IMG/VR virus record: IMGVR_UViG_3300045257_000314
Span: 1 to 39,015 of that record
Length of the DNA stretch: 39,015 bases
Source of the DNA: a virus
Reading direction: 5' to 3' (one strand)
Both the position numbers and the translations under genes were made by a program. A model generated the notes under the pieces. That model was not told the origin of the DNA. It saw only the letters and a program-made list of their open reading frames with translations, and did no database searches. Of this stretch, positions 12,593 through 22,196 are shown piece after piece. The number at the start of each line of letters is the position of its first letter. The stretch's first letter is position 1.

Positions 12593-13773
12593 GGATTGCT
12601 CTCGACGGTGATGGTGTTGCCGGCGTTACTGCTGTTGATGGTCGCGTTCCCCAGCGCCGTCACGGCCGCGGCAAGTTGATAGCCGTAGGTGCTCGGCGCG
12701 GCGATCGAGGGCTGTCCGCAATTCGTGACCGCCCACGTCCCCACTTTCGTGGTCGTCGGGGCCACCGCTTTGATCACCCGATGCGTCATCGGGATGCCGA
12801 TAAAACTCCCAGCCGCCTGGTACGCATTGAACGAGATGTCGGCCGACCCAGGCGACCCCATGATCTCGTAGTACCGCAGACAGCGCGCCAGGTCGTCCGC
12901 CGGATGCAGGGGCACGTAGTTGGCTGGCTGCGCGCCGACCACCAGGTTGGCGTTGTCGAGGTACGCGGTACACGAAGCGGCGAAGTACACCGCGAACGTC
13001 ACCGTCGTGGCGTTCGCGGGGATCGTGGCCGTGACCGTGAGCGTCTGATAGGCCCCGCTGCCCGTGTGAAAGACCGAATACGTCACGCCTCCGCCCGTGC
13101 CGTCGTACGTGAGTGCAACACGAACCGCGTTCGCGACGTTGACGCTGACCCGACAACTGGCGGACACGGTTCGGCCCGCGAGCTGAGAACCGTCGGCAGC
13201 CTTGAGTGTCTGGAACAACGCGGTGGCCCCCGCGCCCGTGCCGAGCACGAAGGTACACGCCGCGCATGCACTGGAGCCCACGTCCACATTGGCCGTGTTC
13301 TTTGAAACGGACAGGGTGTCGGTGCCGGCCAGTGACATCGCGTAGCGGTCGGGGCCGAAAGCGGTCCCGGCGCCCGTGAACGGCCCGTTGCCACGCTGCC
13401 AGATCTCGAACCCGCCGTTGGTGAGCAGGTTGGCGCGCGCGACGTCCGCGCCCAGCATGGCGTTGGTGATCGAGCCCGCGGCGATCGCCGTGCCCGAGAT
13501 GCTGCCCGGTGGCACATTGACCGGCGCGCCCAGCGTCACCCCCGTCGCGTCGGCTGAGATCAGCGTGGTCCCGTCTGCCTTGAGCACGCTGAGCGCACGC
13601 GAGTTGACGGGATCGTCGTTTTGCACCGTGAGCGCGTAATTGTTCGGATCGTTCAGGCTCACCAGCGCGACCGGCACGCCCTTATTCGGGGTGCCTTTCA
13701 ACGCATCGATGATCTGCTGCACCTGGACGGCCTGCGCCTGCGAGCCAGCCAGTACGTCGTTAAGTGTGGGCAC
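12589..13773 (-). CDS. Tail fibre / receptor-binding protein with a jelly-roll (CBM-like) C-terminal half
   Basis: GTG start 6 nt after GAGGAGG. GSISGTAIAAGSITNAMLGADVARANLLTNGGFEIWQRG is a pattern common in phage fibres. Confidence 0.7.
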   Translation of the reverse strand: MPTLNDVLAGSQAQAVQVQQIIDALKGTPNKGVPVALVSLNDPNNYALTVQNDDPVNSRALSVLKADGTTLISADATGVTLGAPVNVPPGSISGTAIAAGSITNAMLGADVARANLLTNGGFEIWQRGNGPFTGAGTAFGPDRYAMSLAGTDTLSVSKNTANVDVGSSACAACTFVLGTGAGATALFQTLKAADGSQLAGRTVSASCRVSVNVANAVRVALTYDGTGGGVTYSVFHTGSGAYQTLTVTATIPANATTVTFAVYFAASCTAYLDNANLVVGAQPANYVPLHPADDLARCLRYYEIMGSPGSADISFNAYQAAGSFIGIPMTHRVIKAVAPTTTKVGTWAVTNCGQPSIAAPSTYGYQLAAAVTALGNATINSSNAGNTITVESNP

Positions 13774-13784
13774 TCATTACCTCC

Positions 13785-15812
13785 TCAGGCAGTCGTCCAT
13801 ATACGTCCGCCATCCCAACGACTCCCGTCATCCCAGTACCACGGCGCCGTCGACACCGAGCCCGGTTCCGGCGGCAACAGTTTCACGCGAAGCGTCACCA
13901 TCACCACCGGCTCGGCAGTGCCCTTGCCCGACTCACCTCGCAGGTACAGCAGTTGCCGATCCACCGGCGGCAGCACCAGAGCGTTGTACGTCTCGCCGAA
14001 CTCGTCTCTCAACGTACACATATCGCCCGTTTGCAAGGCGCGCAGCGTCCGAAAATCGTCGATGGCGCGGGTGATGTCGCGACCGCCGAACCGATCGACG
14101 TTGCCCTCGCCGAGCAGCAGCTGGTACGTCCGCACCGGGCGCACCGCCACGCGGATCTGGGCCCTGGGCATCAGCACGCGCAGGATGGCCGCGCTGGTGC
14201 TCGTGTTGCTGCCGTCCAGACGGAAGCCGATGCGGCGCCCGTTCCACGGCTGCCCCACGATGATCTGTGTCTGGGGCGACGTGTTCGCCACCCCCAGGCG
14301 GGTGTAGCCGCCACCCTCGGCATTGCCGTTCACCACCACCTGGGCGCCGGCGCCCAGGTTGTCACCTTCGACATCCACCTGCAGCAGCGTCTTCGGCGTC
14401 GCCGGATGCCCCCAGTCCTGACCTGGGACATAAAAACTCCAGTTCTGGGCGAAGCGGTACTCGATGTCCTGCAACGGGTTCTCCGTCCGCGGTAACACGC
14501 ACCAGCCGACGGTCGTGGTGCCGTTGCCGAACCAGAGCCGCGGCGGCGAGCTGAGGCCCGAGATGTACAGCAGGTAGCACCGCTGGCCAGGCACCACGAT
14601 GATGCCGCCGTGCCACAGCATCGGCGAGGGCCCGATGGCCGAAGGTGACGGACCGTAACCGTAGCCGTAACCAAACGGTGAGACCCCGGCATCGCCCTGC
14701 ATGATGTCGCGGCCCATGCAGATGTACGTATCGACCCCGTTGTAGACCGACACGATCTGCCAGGGACCGTACGACGTCGACGCCAGGATCTTGCCCCGCA
14801 CCGGTGTTTCGTTGGGCAACCCGTGGCCAGGGGTGACGGTCACGAGCCGCGAGCTCGCGGCTCCACTGACGTCCAGCCGAAACAACCCGCTCAGGTGGGA
14901 GGAGTAGATCTGGCCGCCGCTCGAGTGGCCGGCGATGCCGTTCTCATCGTCGAGTGCCGCGGCAAAAAACGGCATCAGGTTGGGGGCGTAGCCCGTCACG
15001 CCGTCCAGGTCGTGCATGCCATTGACTTTGTTGATGTACACGTGCGTCTGGTCGCCGATGAGGCGGTTGATGCCGTACGTGGTGTCGCCCACGGGGACCG
15101 ACGCGCCCCAGTTGGCGGGCACAAGCGGAGCGGTGGCCACGTTGCGCACACTCGAGACTCCATCCTGGCCGATCATCTGGAACGCGCCGGTCGTGCCCAA
15201 TGTGCCCGTGGTTTGAAACCAGGCCTGCGCAAGCGATTTTCTCGACACGCCCGCGTTGTTGCTCCAGGTGCCGGCGCTCTTCTGCCACAGCAGGCCTGGC
15301 ACGCTCGAGCTCGTCGAGCCGACACTGGTGCCGACGTACAGGCTGCCACCAAACGTGCACATGCTCCACGCCACGTTGCCAGCGCCCAGGTCCTGGTCCT
15401 GGGTGATCGCTCCGGTGCCGCCCGCCACTTTGTAGATGTACCGTCCGGCGCCGATGTACAGGTCGCCCGCGAAATCCTGGGCGCAGCGCGCGTGGTCCGC
15501 CTGACCGGTCGGTGAAACCGTGTTTTGAAACGGTCCTGGCAGCACCAGTCGGGGAAACCGCGCGTCGGCGTTCACACCCCACGCGTACGTGCCGCCCAGT
15601 AACCGCCACGAATAGAAGGCGCCTAAATGAAACGTGTCCATGACGAGCGGCTCTTCGCTGATGTCGACGGGCTCGCCCGACAGTTGCGGCGCGGCGGTCT
15701 CCTGATCGCCCTGCGCCTGACCGGGCGCACTGCGCCGCGCGGAGCTGTACTGGTACAGGGTGTAGTCCTGCCCATTGATGTTGATGGAATCGCGCAGCGG
15801 GAACGTCGGCAC
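13785..15812 (-). CDS. Large virion/tail structural protein (beta-propeller-like)
   Basis: 675 aa with repeated Gly/aromatic beta motifs (GDLYIGAGRYIYKV, GGSLYVGTS). It lies between the tail genes and the fibre. Confidence 0.55.
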   Translation of the reverse strand: MPTFPLRDSININGQDYTLYQYSSARRSAPGQAQGDQETAAPQLSGEPVDISEEPLVMDTFHLGAFYSWRLLGGTYAWGVNADARFPRLVLPGPFQNTVSPTGQADHARCAQDFAGDLYIGAGRYIYKVAGGTGAITQDQDLGAGNVAWSMCTFGGSLYVGTSVGSTSSSVPGLLWQKSAGTWSNNAGVSRKSLAQAWFQTTGTLGTTGAFQMIGQDGVSSVRNVATAPLVPANWGASVPVGDTTYGINRLIGDQTHVYINKVNGMHDLDGVTGYAPNLMPFFAAALDDENGIAGHSSGGQIYSSHLSGLFRLDVSGAASSRLVTVTPGHGLPNETPVRGKILASTSYGPWQIVSVYNGVDTYICMGRDIMQGDAGVSPFGYGYGYGPSPSAIGPSPMLWHGGIIVVPGQRCYLLYISGLSSPPRLWFGNGTTTVGWCVLPRTENPLQDIEYRFAQNWSFYVPGQDWGHPATPKTLLQVDVEGDNLGAGAQVVVNGNAEGGGYTRLGVANTSPQTQIIVGQPWNGRRIGFRLDGSNTSTSAAILRVLMPRAQIRVAVRPVRTYQLLLGEGNVDRFGGRDITRAIDDFRTLRALQTGDMCTLRDEFGETYNALVLPPVDRQLLYLRGESGKGTAEPVVMVTLRVKLLPPEPGSVSTAPWYWDDGSRWDGGRIWTTA

Positions 15813-15819
15813 TTATCGC

Positions 15820-17028
15820 TCAGCCAGGCGTACCGAACACCGGGTTGCCGCCCCAGTTGTCCCGTGAGCGGACGGTGAGCACCGACGGCCAGTGCTGTTT
15901 TCTCACCTGCGGATGCTGCAGCGTCAGCCGCTTCCACTGGTTGGCCGCGGCTCGAGCCTGGGCCCGCAGGGCCATGTATTGCTTCTGATCGTCGGGCAGC
16001 CCCCATTTGGAAAGCTCGAGGTTGACGTACGCCTGGCCGATGATCTCCATGCCGTTGATGGGCAGCACGGCGCGGTCGGCCTCGGACTGCAGGCCTTCCG
16101 TCGTGGCCAGGCCCCAGCCGGTGCCCGTATTGATCCACCACGACATCGGCACGTAGCACTGCACCAGCAGGATGTCGCCGGTGTTGAGAAGCTGGGCGAT
16201 CTCGATGCCGGGGTTATCACCGCCCGAGACCCAGCGCCAGTTGATCATCAACTGATCGTCCGCGTTGGGGTCGCTGTTGGCCGGGCGGTAATACACCTCG
16301 ACGACCTGGTCTTCGGCCTGCAGCCAGGGCGCCAGCGTGCCGACGGGATAGACGCGCTGATTCTGGACGGCGGGTATCGGCAGTTTTTGAATCGTCCAGC
16401 ACTCGGCCAGCACTTTGTTGACGATGTCGTTCAGGCCCAGCCGGCCTTCGTAATGGACGGGCGGCAGTTTCCCGTAGAACTCGACGGCCGTGCCAGCCAG
16501 CGTCAGCGCCGTGTGCGCGCGCTCGACCGTGACGGTGCCCGTCCCGTTCTGCAAGCCGCCGTAGACCACGCGCCTGACCTGGCCCGCGTTGGGGCCTGTC
16601 GGCTGGTACTCCCACGTGTTGCCCAGAAAGGACGGCTCGAGCTCCGTGCTCAGAAAATCGGCGACGACGAGCTGGTTCGTCGCGGTCGCGTCCGAGGTGG
16701 TCTGGGTGATGCTGTTAAAACCGGCCGCGTCGGCGAGCCGATGGCGGTACTGGCTCAAGCTGAACCCAGCCCCCTGCTGGGATTGGACCGGCCACGCGGG
16801 CGAATACGGGCCCAGCCCGACGCCGGTGTAGCGCGCGGTGCGGTACCAGTCCGTCAGATTGCCCGGTACGTCGACGTAGGTGTAGACCGTCTGGTTGAGC
16901 ACGTACGGCAACTGGACCAGCAGCGTGAATGGTCCGCTCTGCACGTGCGCGCGCTCGAGTTGGATGCCCACGTACGTGCTCATCAACGCGTTGACGCTGG
17001 GTTCCTGGAGCGTGATGGTGTTACTCAT
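15820..17028 (-). CDS. Virion structural protein
   Basis: 402 aa. The ATG shares a base with the upstream TAA. Placement in the structural operon is the only functional evidence. Confidence 0.5.
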   Translation of the reverse strand: MSNTITLQEPSVNALMSTYVGIQLERAHVQSGPFTLLVQLPYVLNQTVYTYVDVPGNLTDWYRTARYTGVGLGPYSPAWPVQSQQGAGFSLSQYRHRLADAAGFNSITQTTSDATATNQLVVADFLSTELEPSFLGNTWEYQPTGPNAGQVRRVVYGGLQNGTGTVTVERAHTALTLAGTAVEFYGKLPPVHYEGRLGLNDIVNKVLAECWTIQKLPIPAVQNQRVYPVGTLAPWLQAEDQVVEVYYRPANSDPNADDQLMINWRWVSGGDNPGIEIAQLLNTGDILLVQCYVPMSWWINTGTGWGLATTEGLQSEADRAVLPINGMEIIGQAYVNLELSKWGLPDDQKQYMALRAQARAAANQWKRLTLQHPQVRKQHWPSVLTVRSRDNWGGNPVFGTPG

Positions 17029-18293
17029 TACGGACCTCCAACGGCGCTGCCGACGGGCGGTGGGATATCGCTCGAGGTGATCGTATGTTGCGGCCAGTCG
17101 AGGTAATTGCTGACGGCCACGCCCGCGGCCGGCGTACTGCTCGGGACCACCACCGGGGTCGGTGGCGGCGACATGCTGAGATGAGCGAGCAGCGACAGCA
17201 CCTGGGCCTGCACGGCGCTGACGCTTAGCGCGAAGGTGTGATGGACCGCGGTGCTGAGCGACAGGACCTGGGCCTGGGTGGCGCTGACGGTTCTGAGAAA
17301 CACCCGCTGGGCGACGATGCTGAGCGTCTGAGTCTGCGTGTTGGCCCGCACGAGACGCACCTGCTTAGCAGGCAGCGTGAGCGTCTGCGTCTGGGCGATC
17401 TGCCGGACCAGGCTCGGCGCGCGACGCAGGCTCAGCGTCTGCGGCTGCGTGGTCGACCCCGACAGCGTGTAGGTCGTGCCCCCACCGCCGCCGGTGGACT
17501 GCCAGATGGTGAACCACGGCTCCTGGCGTGGGGCCTCGCGGACCATCGCGTACGGGTCGCGGTACAGCCAGGCGATCTCCGCGGCCGTCAGGACACGCCC
17601 ACGCCAGATGTACAGGTAGGCGATCGAGCCAGGCAGATACCCGCCCGCGGGCGCGCTGGTGCTGCCCATCGCACCGATGAACAGCGGGTCGGTGGCGTTG
17701 TAGTTGGCATTGGCCTGCGAGGTGTAATTGAGCGGCTGTGAGACGGCATCCACGTAGAACTGCAGCGTGGTCGCGCTGTTTCGCGTGGCGACAAACTGGT
17801 GGAAGGCGCCATTGATCGGGCTGGTCGTCGTGGCCCCGCTCAGTTGATTGCTGCCGTCGAGCATGAACAGTCCCAGCAACCCCGACACGGGGCCGCCGTT
17901 GTTGTCCATATTGGCCGCGAAACTGACCTGAACAAAGCTGCTGCCGTTGCGCTTGCTGGCCAGCCCGAACGTCGTCGAGCTCGCCGGCGGATTGGCGTAC
18001 GCCGCGATGGTGAACACCTGGCTGCCCGTCCTGTACGAAGCGATGTCGCCGAAATTGCAGTTGTCGGTGCTGCCGTTGAAGAGCAGCGCCTGACCCTGTG
18101 GAGTACTACGGATTGCCGTAGGTGCGCCGCTCGGACTGGCCGCGCGGCCCAGCACCAGGTCGCGCGGCACGCCGTCGCCCGTCATTAACGTGGCGAACGT
18201 CAGACCGCGCGCCAGCGGGTGCTGCGGGTTGATCCGTGGGATGCCCAGCGGCTTTCGCCGCGGGAGCTCGAGCCCGAGGTCGCGACCGATCAC
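17028..18293 (-). CDS. LamG / concanavalin-A-like lectin domain structural protein with a C-terminal repeat array
   Basis: LFNGSTDNCNFGD...FTIAAYA...HQFVATRNSATTLQFYVDAV...PLFIGA...YLYIWRGRVLTAAEIAWLYRDPYAM, followed by five ~19-aa TQTQTLSL-type repeats. Confidence 0.65.
   Translation of the reverse strand: MIGRDLGLELPRRKPLGIPRINPQHPLARGLTFATLMTGDGVPRDLVLGRAASPSGAPTAIRSTPQGQALLFNGSTDNCNFGDIASYRTGSQVFTIAAYANPPASSTTFGLASKRNGSSFVQVSFAANMDNNGGPVSGLLGLFMLDGSNQLSGATTTSPINGAFHQFVATRNSATTLQFYVDAVSQPLNYTSQANANYNATDPLFIGAMGSTSAPAGGYLPGSIAYLYIWRGRVLTAAEIAWLYRDPYAMVREAPRQEPWFTIWQSTGGGGGTTYTLSGSTTQPQTLSLRRAPSLVRQIAQTQTLTLPAKQVRLVRANTQTQTLSIVAQRVFLRTVSATQAQVLSLSTAVHHTFALSVSAVQAQVLSLLAHLSMSPPPTPVVVPSSTPAAGVAVSNYLDWPQHTITSSDIPPPVGSAVGGP
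17169..17456. repeat. Five tandem ~57-bp units encoding xTQ(T/A)QxLSL repeats
   Basis: gctgagcgtctg(a/c)gtctg-type units recur. The peptides are TQPQTLSLRR.., QTQTLTLPAK.., TQTQTLSIVA.., ATQAQVLSLS.. and AVQAQVLSLL... Confidence 0.7.
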
Positions 18294-18294
18294 G

Positions 18295-18732
18295 CTATTG
18301 GGTCTGCCACGAGTAGACCGACACCGTGCCAGCCGAGGCGGCCAGGGCAGTACCGGTGTTGTTCTGGAAAATCAGGTGCAGGTTGATCGGACCAGGCAAA
18401 GGGAACGGCGCCGAGGCGAGCTGCTGCGTCGTCGACGTGCTTTTGACGGGCAGGGAGGTCAGGTAGAGAGCGCCCTGCGGCAGCACGCCCGAGCCCAGGG
18501 CCTGGTAGTTCGAGCCATCCCACTGCGGCTGGCAGTAGACGTCGATCGTGTTGGAATCACTCACGGTCGGGGCGGCGTTGAACGTGATCGACCCCTGGAT
18601 CGCCGCCCAGGGGTCAAGGTTCACGGTGTTGTTGACGACGGTGGTGGATTGAACGACCGCCGCCGACGCCATGCTGTTGAGCTCGGTGCCGCCACAGCCT
18701 GCCTGCGAGTGGGTGCTCGAGAACTTGGCCAT
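18295..18732 (-). CDS. Virion structural protein (beta-rich)
   Basis: 145-aa ATG ORF in the structural operon. Confidence 0.5.
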   Translation of the reverse strand: MAKFSSTHSQAGCGGTELNSMASAAVVQSTTVVNNTVNLDPWAAIQGSITFNAAPTVSDSNTIDVYCQPQWDGSNYQALGSGVLPQGALYLTSLPVKSTSTTQQLASAPFPLPGPINLHLIFQNNTGTALAASAGTVSVYSWQTQ

Positions 18733-18736
18733 AGAC

Positions 18737-19132
18737 CTAAGAAAACTGGACTTTGGCGGTGAACTGGATCGAATCGCCCGAGTTCAGCGCCTGGCTGAGA
18801 CCGTCGAAGATGGCGTACAGCACGCCGCCTGACGGCGGTGAGCCCGCTCCCGCCGCGTCGAAAATGCCCACGTTGGTGATGGTCTTGGTGCCCGCGGCGG
18901 TGATGGTGGCCACGACCTGGTGCGTATCGTTAGTGACCGAGGTGGTCACCTGGGTGCTGGTGCCCGAGACGCGCGCCTCGGTCGCCGCCGTCGACAGGTC
19001 GGTGCTGCCCGCCGCGCCCGCGCCGGCACCCGTGCCCCAGCCCACGAAATGCGGCTCGGTCTGGGTCGGCGTGCCGCCGAACATCCGCCCGCTGATTACG
19101 GCTTTTCCGACCGACGGAACAAGCGACGCCAT
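18737..19132 (-). CDS. Virion structural protein (Gly/Thr-rich beta protein)
   Basis: 131 aa. The ATG at 19132 overlaps the preceding ORF by 37 nt. An alternative ATG is at 19084. Confidence 0.5.
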   Translation of the reverse strand: MASLVPSVGKAVISGRMFGGTPTQTEPHFVGWGTGAGAGAAGSTDLSTAATEARVSGTSTQVTTSVTNDTHQVVATITAAGTKTITNVGIFDAAGAGSPPSGGVLYAIFDGLSQALNSGDSIQFTAKVQFS

Positions 19133-19293
19133 GACCGACCCTCCTTATGCTCAAACTTCGCGATGGTGCCGAGGTCCTCGACGGCGCGCGCGGGGCACTC
19201 GAGCGCACACTCGGCGTGCTCGGGACACGCGCGGATGATCCTCGCGCTCAAACTGCCCGCCTGCGGGACCAGGCCCTGGGCCATCTCCTTCAC
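19096..19293 (-). CDS. Small Cys-rich protein
   Basis: GTG lies 2 nt after the upstream stop. Hand-counted GC3/GC2/GC1 of about 90/40/70% supports coding. CPEHAECALECP. Confidence 0.5.
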   Translation of the reverse strand: MKEMAQGLVPQAGSLSARIIRACPEHAECALECPARAVEDLGTIAKFEHKEGRSWRRLFRRSEKP

Positions 19294-19295
19294 GC

Positions 19296-19685
19296 TCAGG
19301 AGTTGCCTTCGATCGCGACGCTCGCCGACAGCCGCGCGTGGCCGGTGCTCGAGATCGAGGCAACCTGGATCGCCACGCGGTCGCCCGGGCGGACGCCCAC
19401 CTTGTTCGGGTCGCCGACCGCGTTGGCGAACTCGCCGGTCGAGGTGGCCAGCAGGGTCGGCTTGTTGCCGGCTGTGGCCCAGATGCTGGTGCCGTTCACC
19501 AGTACGTCGACCACCGTGTTGCTGCCGCCGGTGCCCGCGGTGCCGGCGTACACCTTGATTCCCGTGATGCGGCCGAACGCGACCACCACGTACTCGTTGA
19601 GGAACTGGCTGGCGGTGACCGCGGCGTTGGCGTAGCCGGCGACCGTGTCGATAATGTTTTTGGCTTGGGCTCGAGTGCCAGGCAT
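19296..19685 (-). CDS. Virion structural protein (beta-sandwich-like)
   Basis: 129 aa. AGGAGG lies 9 nt upstream of the ATG. Confidence 0.55.
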   Translation of the reverse strand: MPGTRAQAKNIIDTVAGYANAAVTASQFLNEYVVVAFGRITGIKVYAGTAGTGGSNTVVDVLVNGTSIWATAGNKPTLLATSTGEFANAVGDPNKVGVRPGDRVAIQVASISSTGHARLSASVAIEGNS

Positions 19686-19706
19686 GGGGAAAGCCTCCTG
19701 GTGTGT

Positions 19707-20543
19707 TTAGGCGGGCACGTGGCGCTGGGCGCGAGCGGCCCTCGCGCGGGCAAGCGCCGCGAGCTCTGGTTCGGTGCGGGGTCGTTTGGCGGACGCCGGC
19801 TCGGGCTCGGACGGCTCATCAGCCGCCTCGTCCTCTTCGTCGTTATCGTCCTCCGGCACAGGGTCCGGTCCTGGCGTGGTGCGCGTGCCGTAGCCCAGCG
19901 TCTGCAAGGTGGCCGCCACCGCCGCGGCAATCGCCTGTGCATCGACACCACCGCCGCCCACCACACCCGTCTGGTGCAGTCCCGAGACGATCGCTTCGCC
20001 CAGGGCCTGCTGCTGGCGGCGGTCGTTGTGCATGACGTCCTGGTGCTGCTTCAGCGCCCGGTCCGTGGGAAAATCGTCGCGATCGCAGAACTCGCACTCG
20101 TCGGGCGCCGGCGGGACCTGGACGCGCTCGAGCTGCGGGAATCGCACCGGTCGCGCGCCGCGCCAGCACCCCTGGCTCTTGGCCGACCCGCCGCCGGCCC
20201 GTCCCGCGTGGGTCAGGTGATCCTTCGTTTGGCCCACGTGTTTCTCACACGTTGGCACCAGCGGCGGACGCAGGTGGTACCCCAGGTTGACGATTTGCTC
20301 GACGCCCAGCTCGTGAGCGCCGCCCGCCTGGAACAACGGCTCGTAGGGGTTGTCCATGTAGTAGACGTTCGAGCCGAACTGGCCATAGTCGTTCAGCACC
20401 TGCCAGCCGCGGTTGATCTTTTTCATCATTTCCATCGGCGAGGCGTCCGTCGAGACGATCTCGCCGCCTGGCGCGCGGCAGTAGACGAGGCCCTCGTCGG
20501 CAATCACGGCGTTCGGCGCGTCGGCGGTCAGTGTTTCAGCCAT
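19707..20543 (-). CDS. Structural-module protein with a C2H2-like zinc-finger signature and an acidic tail
   Basis: 278 aa. CEFCDRDDFPTDRALKQHQDVMH fits C-x2-C-x13-H-x4-H. The C-terminus reads EDDNDEEDEAADEPSEPEP. Confidence 0.5.
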   Translation of the reverse strand: MAETLTADAPNAVIADEGLVYCRAPGGEIVSTDASPMEMMKKINRGWQVLNDYGQFGSNVYYMDNPYEPLFQAGGAHELGVEQIVNLGYHLRPPLVPTCEKHVGQTKDHLTHAGRAGGGSAKSQGCWRGARPVRFPQLERVQVPPAPDECEFCDRDDFPTDRALKQHQDVMHNDRRQQQALGEAIVSGLHQTGVVGGGGVDAQAIAAAVAATLQTLGYGTRTTPGPDPVPEDDNDEEDEAADEPSEPEPASAKRPRTEPELAALARARAARAQRHVPA

Positions 20544-20980
20544 GCTGGCTCGGGCTCTCCTTGCTGCTGTACGTAGGCGGTCGGAATCGTTGGTCGATGA
20601 AAGAGCGCTGAGTACTCCCAGTCGACTTCGTCGGTCATCAGGTGGGCCCCCTTGGGCCCGAACGTGGGCAACGTGCTGACGCGCACCAGGTTGTCATCGG
20701 GCAGGGGTGGTGGCGAGGGCTGCCCCGGCACCCGCCGGCGTTTGGGGGGCCGTTTGCCGAAACCTTTGACGGGGACGACGGGCAGGGGCCCGCGCGGCGG
20801 GCGGGCGTCTAACCGCACGAACGTCCAGCCCTGCCGCGCGAGTCTCGGGATCATGCGCTCGAGCGACCACTGCAGCCGCCGCTGCATCAGGTCCGCGGTC
20901 GCCCGCGCGGGCAGGCGCACGTGAAACTTCACGGCGTACGCCTGCTGCTCGAGACCGGGCCTGACGATGACATTCGGCAT
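20528..20980 (-). CDS. Hypothetical structural-module protein
   Basis: 150-aa ATG ORF with a basic Pro-rich centre (KRPPKRRRVPGQPSPPP). Confidence 0.5.
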   Translation of the reverse strand: MPNVIVRPGLEQQAYAVKFHVRLPARATADLMQRRLQWSLERMIPRLARQGWTFVRLDARPPRGPLPVVPVKGFGKRPPKRRRVPGQPSPPPLPDDNLVRVSTLPTFGPKGAHLMTDEVDWEYSALFHRPTIPTAYVQQQGEPEPAWLKH

Positions 20981-20982
20981 GC

Positions 20983-21264
20983 TCAGGAATAGACGACGAT
21001 GCCCGCGCCGGCCGAGCCGGGCACCAGAAAGATGCCCGAGCGGGCCGGAATGTCGATCGGGATGATGCCAACGCCTGGCGTGGCGGCCGAGACGTACAGG
21101 ATCTGACCGCTGGCCGCCGACGGGTTGTCGTAGATCGTGAGCGAGCCGGTAATCGCCGCGGTGACCACGATCTTGGCGATGCGGCCACCACGGGCCTTCA
21201 CCGCCACGTTCGAGGTCGTGAACGGCGCGTAGTTGGCGCCCTGGAACGTGTCGACGTTGGACAC
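20983..21264 (-). CDS. Small beta-rich protein directly after the capsid gene (decoration/cement candidate)
   Basis: GTG at 21264 lies 4 nt after the capsid stop. The upstream 83 codons of the tracked ORF overlap the capsid gene out of frame. Confidence 0.45.
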   Translation of the reverse strand: MSNVDTFQGANYAPFTTSNVAVKARGGRIAKIVVTAAITGSLTIYDNPSAASGQILYVSAATPGVGIIPIDIPARSGIFLVPGSAGAGIVVYS

Positions 21265-21268
21265 GGGA

Positions 21269-22150
21269 CTACTTGGTGCAGAGCAGCTTGACAGCCCAGT
21301 TGCTCGAGTTGGTGGTGGCTGCCGCGGCCTCGTCTGCCTCCAGTCGCTCGAACATGCCGTAAATGCAGTCCATCGACACGATCCAGGCCAGGTCGAGCGG
21401 GCTGTACCAGGTGTGGGTGGTGGGCTGGCGCTGGATCGCCTTGAAGTAGTGCGTCTTGCTCCAGAACGCGCCGGTCGCGGCAGGAGCCGAGCCCGCGAGC
21501 AACTGCGATTCATAGACGTCGGCGCCGTACATGCGGCCGACCTTGGCCTCTTCGACCGCCGTGCCGCCCTCGGACTCGCCGATGTACAGCATGTTCGTGA
21601 ATTTCTCCAGCTTCAGAAAGCCGGAGTAGGTCGCGGGCGGAACCACGATGTACCAGGGCCTGGGCGCGGCGTTGTTGCGCAGCAGGGTGCGGGCAAGAAT
21701 CAGGTTGTCGTCGGTCAGCTCCGCGCTCGAGGTCCCGCTCGAGTTGGTCGCGGCGGCGAACAGGCTCGCGGCATCCACGTCCATCTGACGCGCGAGCGCA
21801 TACGCGCCGGCGATCGTCGTCTCGGAGCGGATGTCGTACCGGCTCTGGATCTCGGCGATGTCCTCGATCTCTTGCGCGATGGCCCTGTGCCCATTGGTCA
21901 TCGGCAGGACGAATTGTTGCTGGGTCTCGGTGATGGCCTGCGGGGTGAGTGCGGTGCCCGCCGCCTTGGCGTTGGCAGTCAGGTTGTGCCTTGACGGCAG
22001 GTTGATGGTGTTGGCGTGCTGGTCGACCAGCGAGCTTTTGTCGTCGAATAATGCCGCGACCACGACGTCGTACTGGATGGCCCGATTGAGTTCAGGCGAC
22101 CAGACCTGGTCGATGTAGAGCGCGGCCGTCGTAATCGTGACGTCGGCCAA
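21269..22150 (-). CDS. Major capsid protein (HK97-fold expected)
   Basis: 293 aa, immediately downstream of the scaffold-like gene. TTG start with GGAGGG 11 nt upstream. A 7-bp hairpin (22173-22194) lies in the 46-nt spacer. The assignment rests on position, size and composition. Confidence 0.7.
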   Translation of the reverse strand: MADVTITTAALYIDQVWSPELNRAIQYDVVVAALFDDKSSLVDQHANTINLPSRHNLTANAKAAGTALTPQAITETQQQFVLPMTNGHRAIAQEIEDIAEIQSRYDIRSETTIAGAYALARQMDVDAASLFAAATNSSGTSSAELTDDNLILARTLLRNNAAPRPWYIVVPPATYSGFLKLEKFTNMLYIGESEGGTAVEEAKVGRMYGADVYESQLLAGSAPAATGAFWSKTHYFKAIQRQPTTHTWYSPLDLAWIVSMDCIYGMFERLEADEAAAATTNSSNWAVKLLCTK

Positions 22151-22196
22151 GGTGGTATGAACCCTCCGGTGGAGGGCTGTTTGAAGTCAGCCCTGG

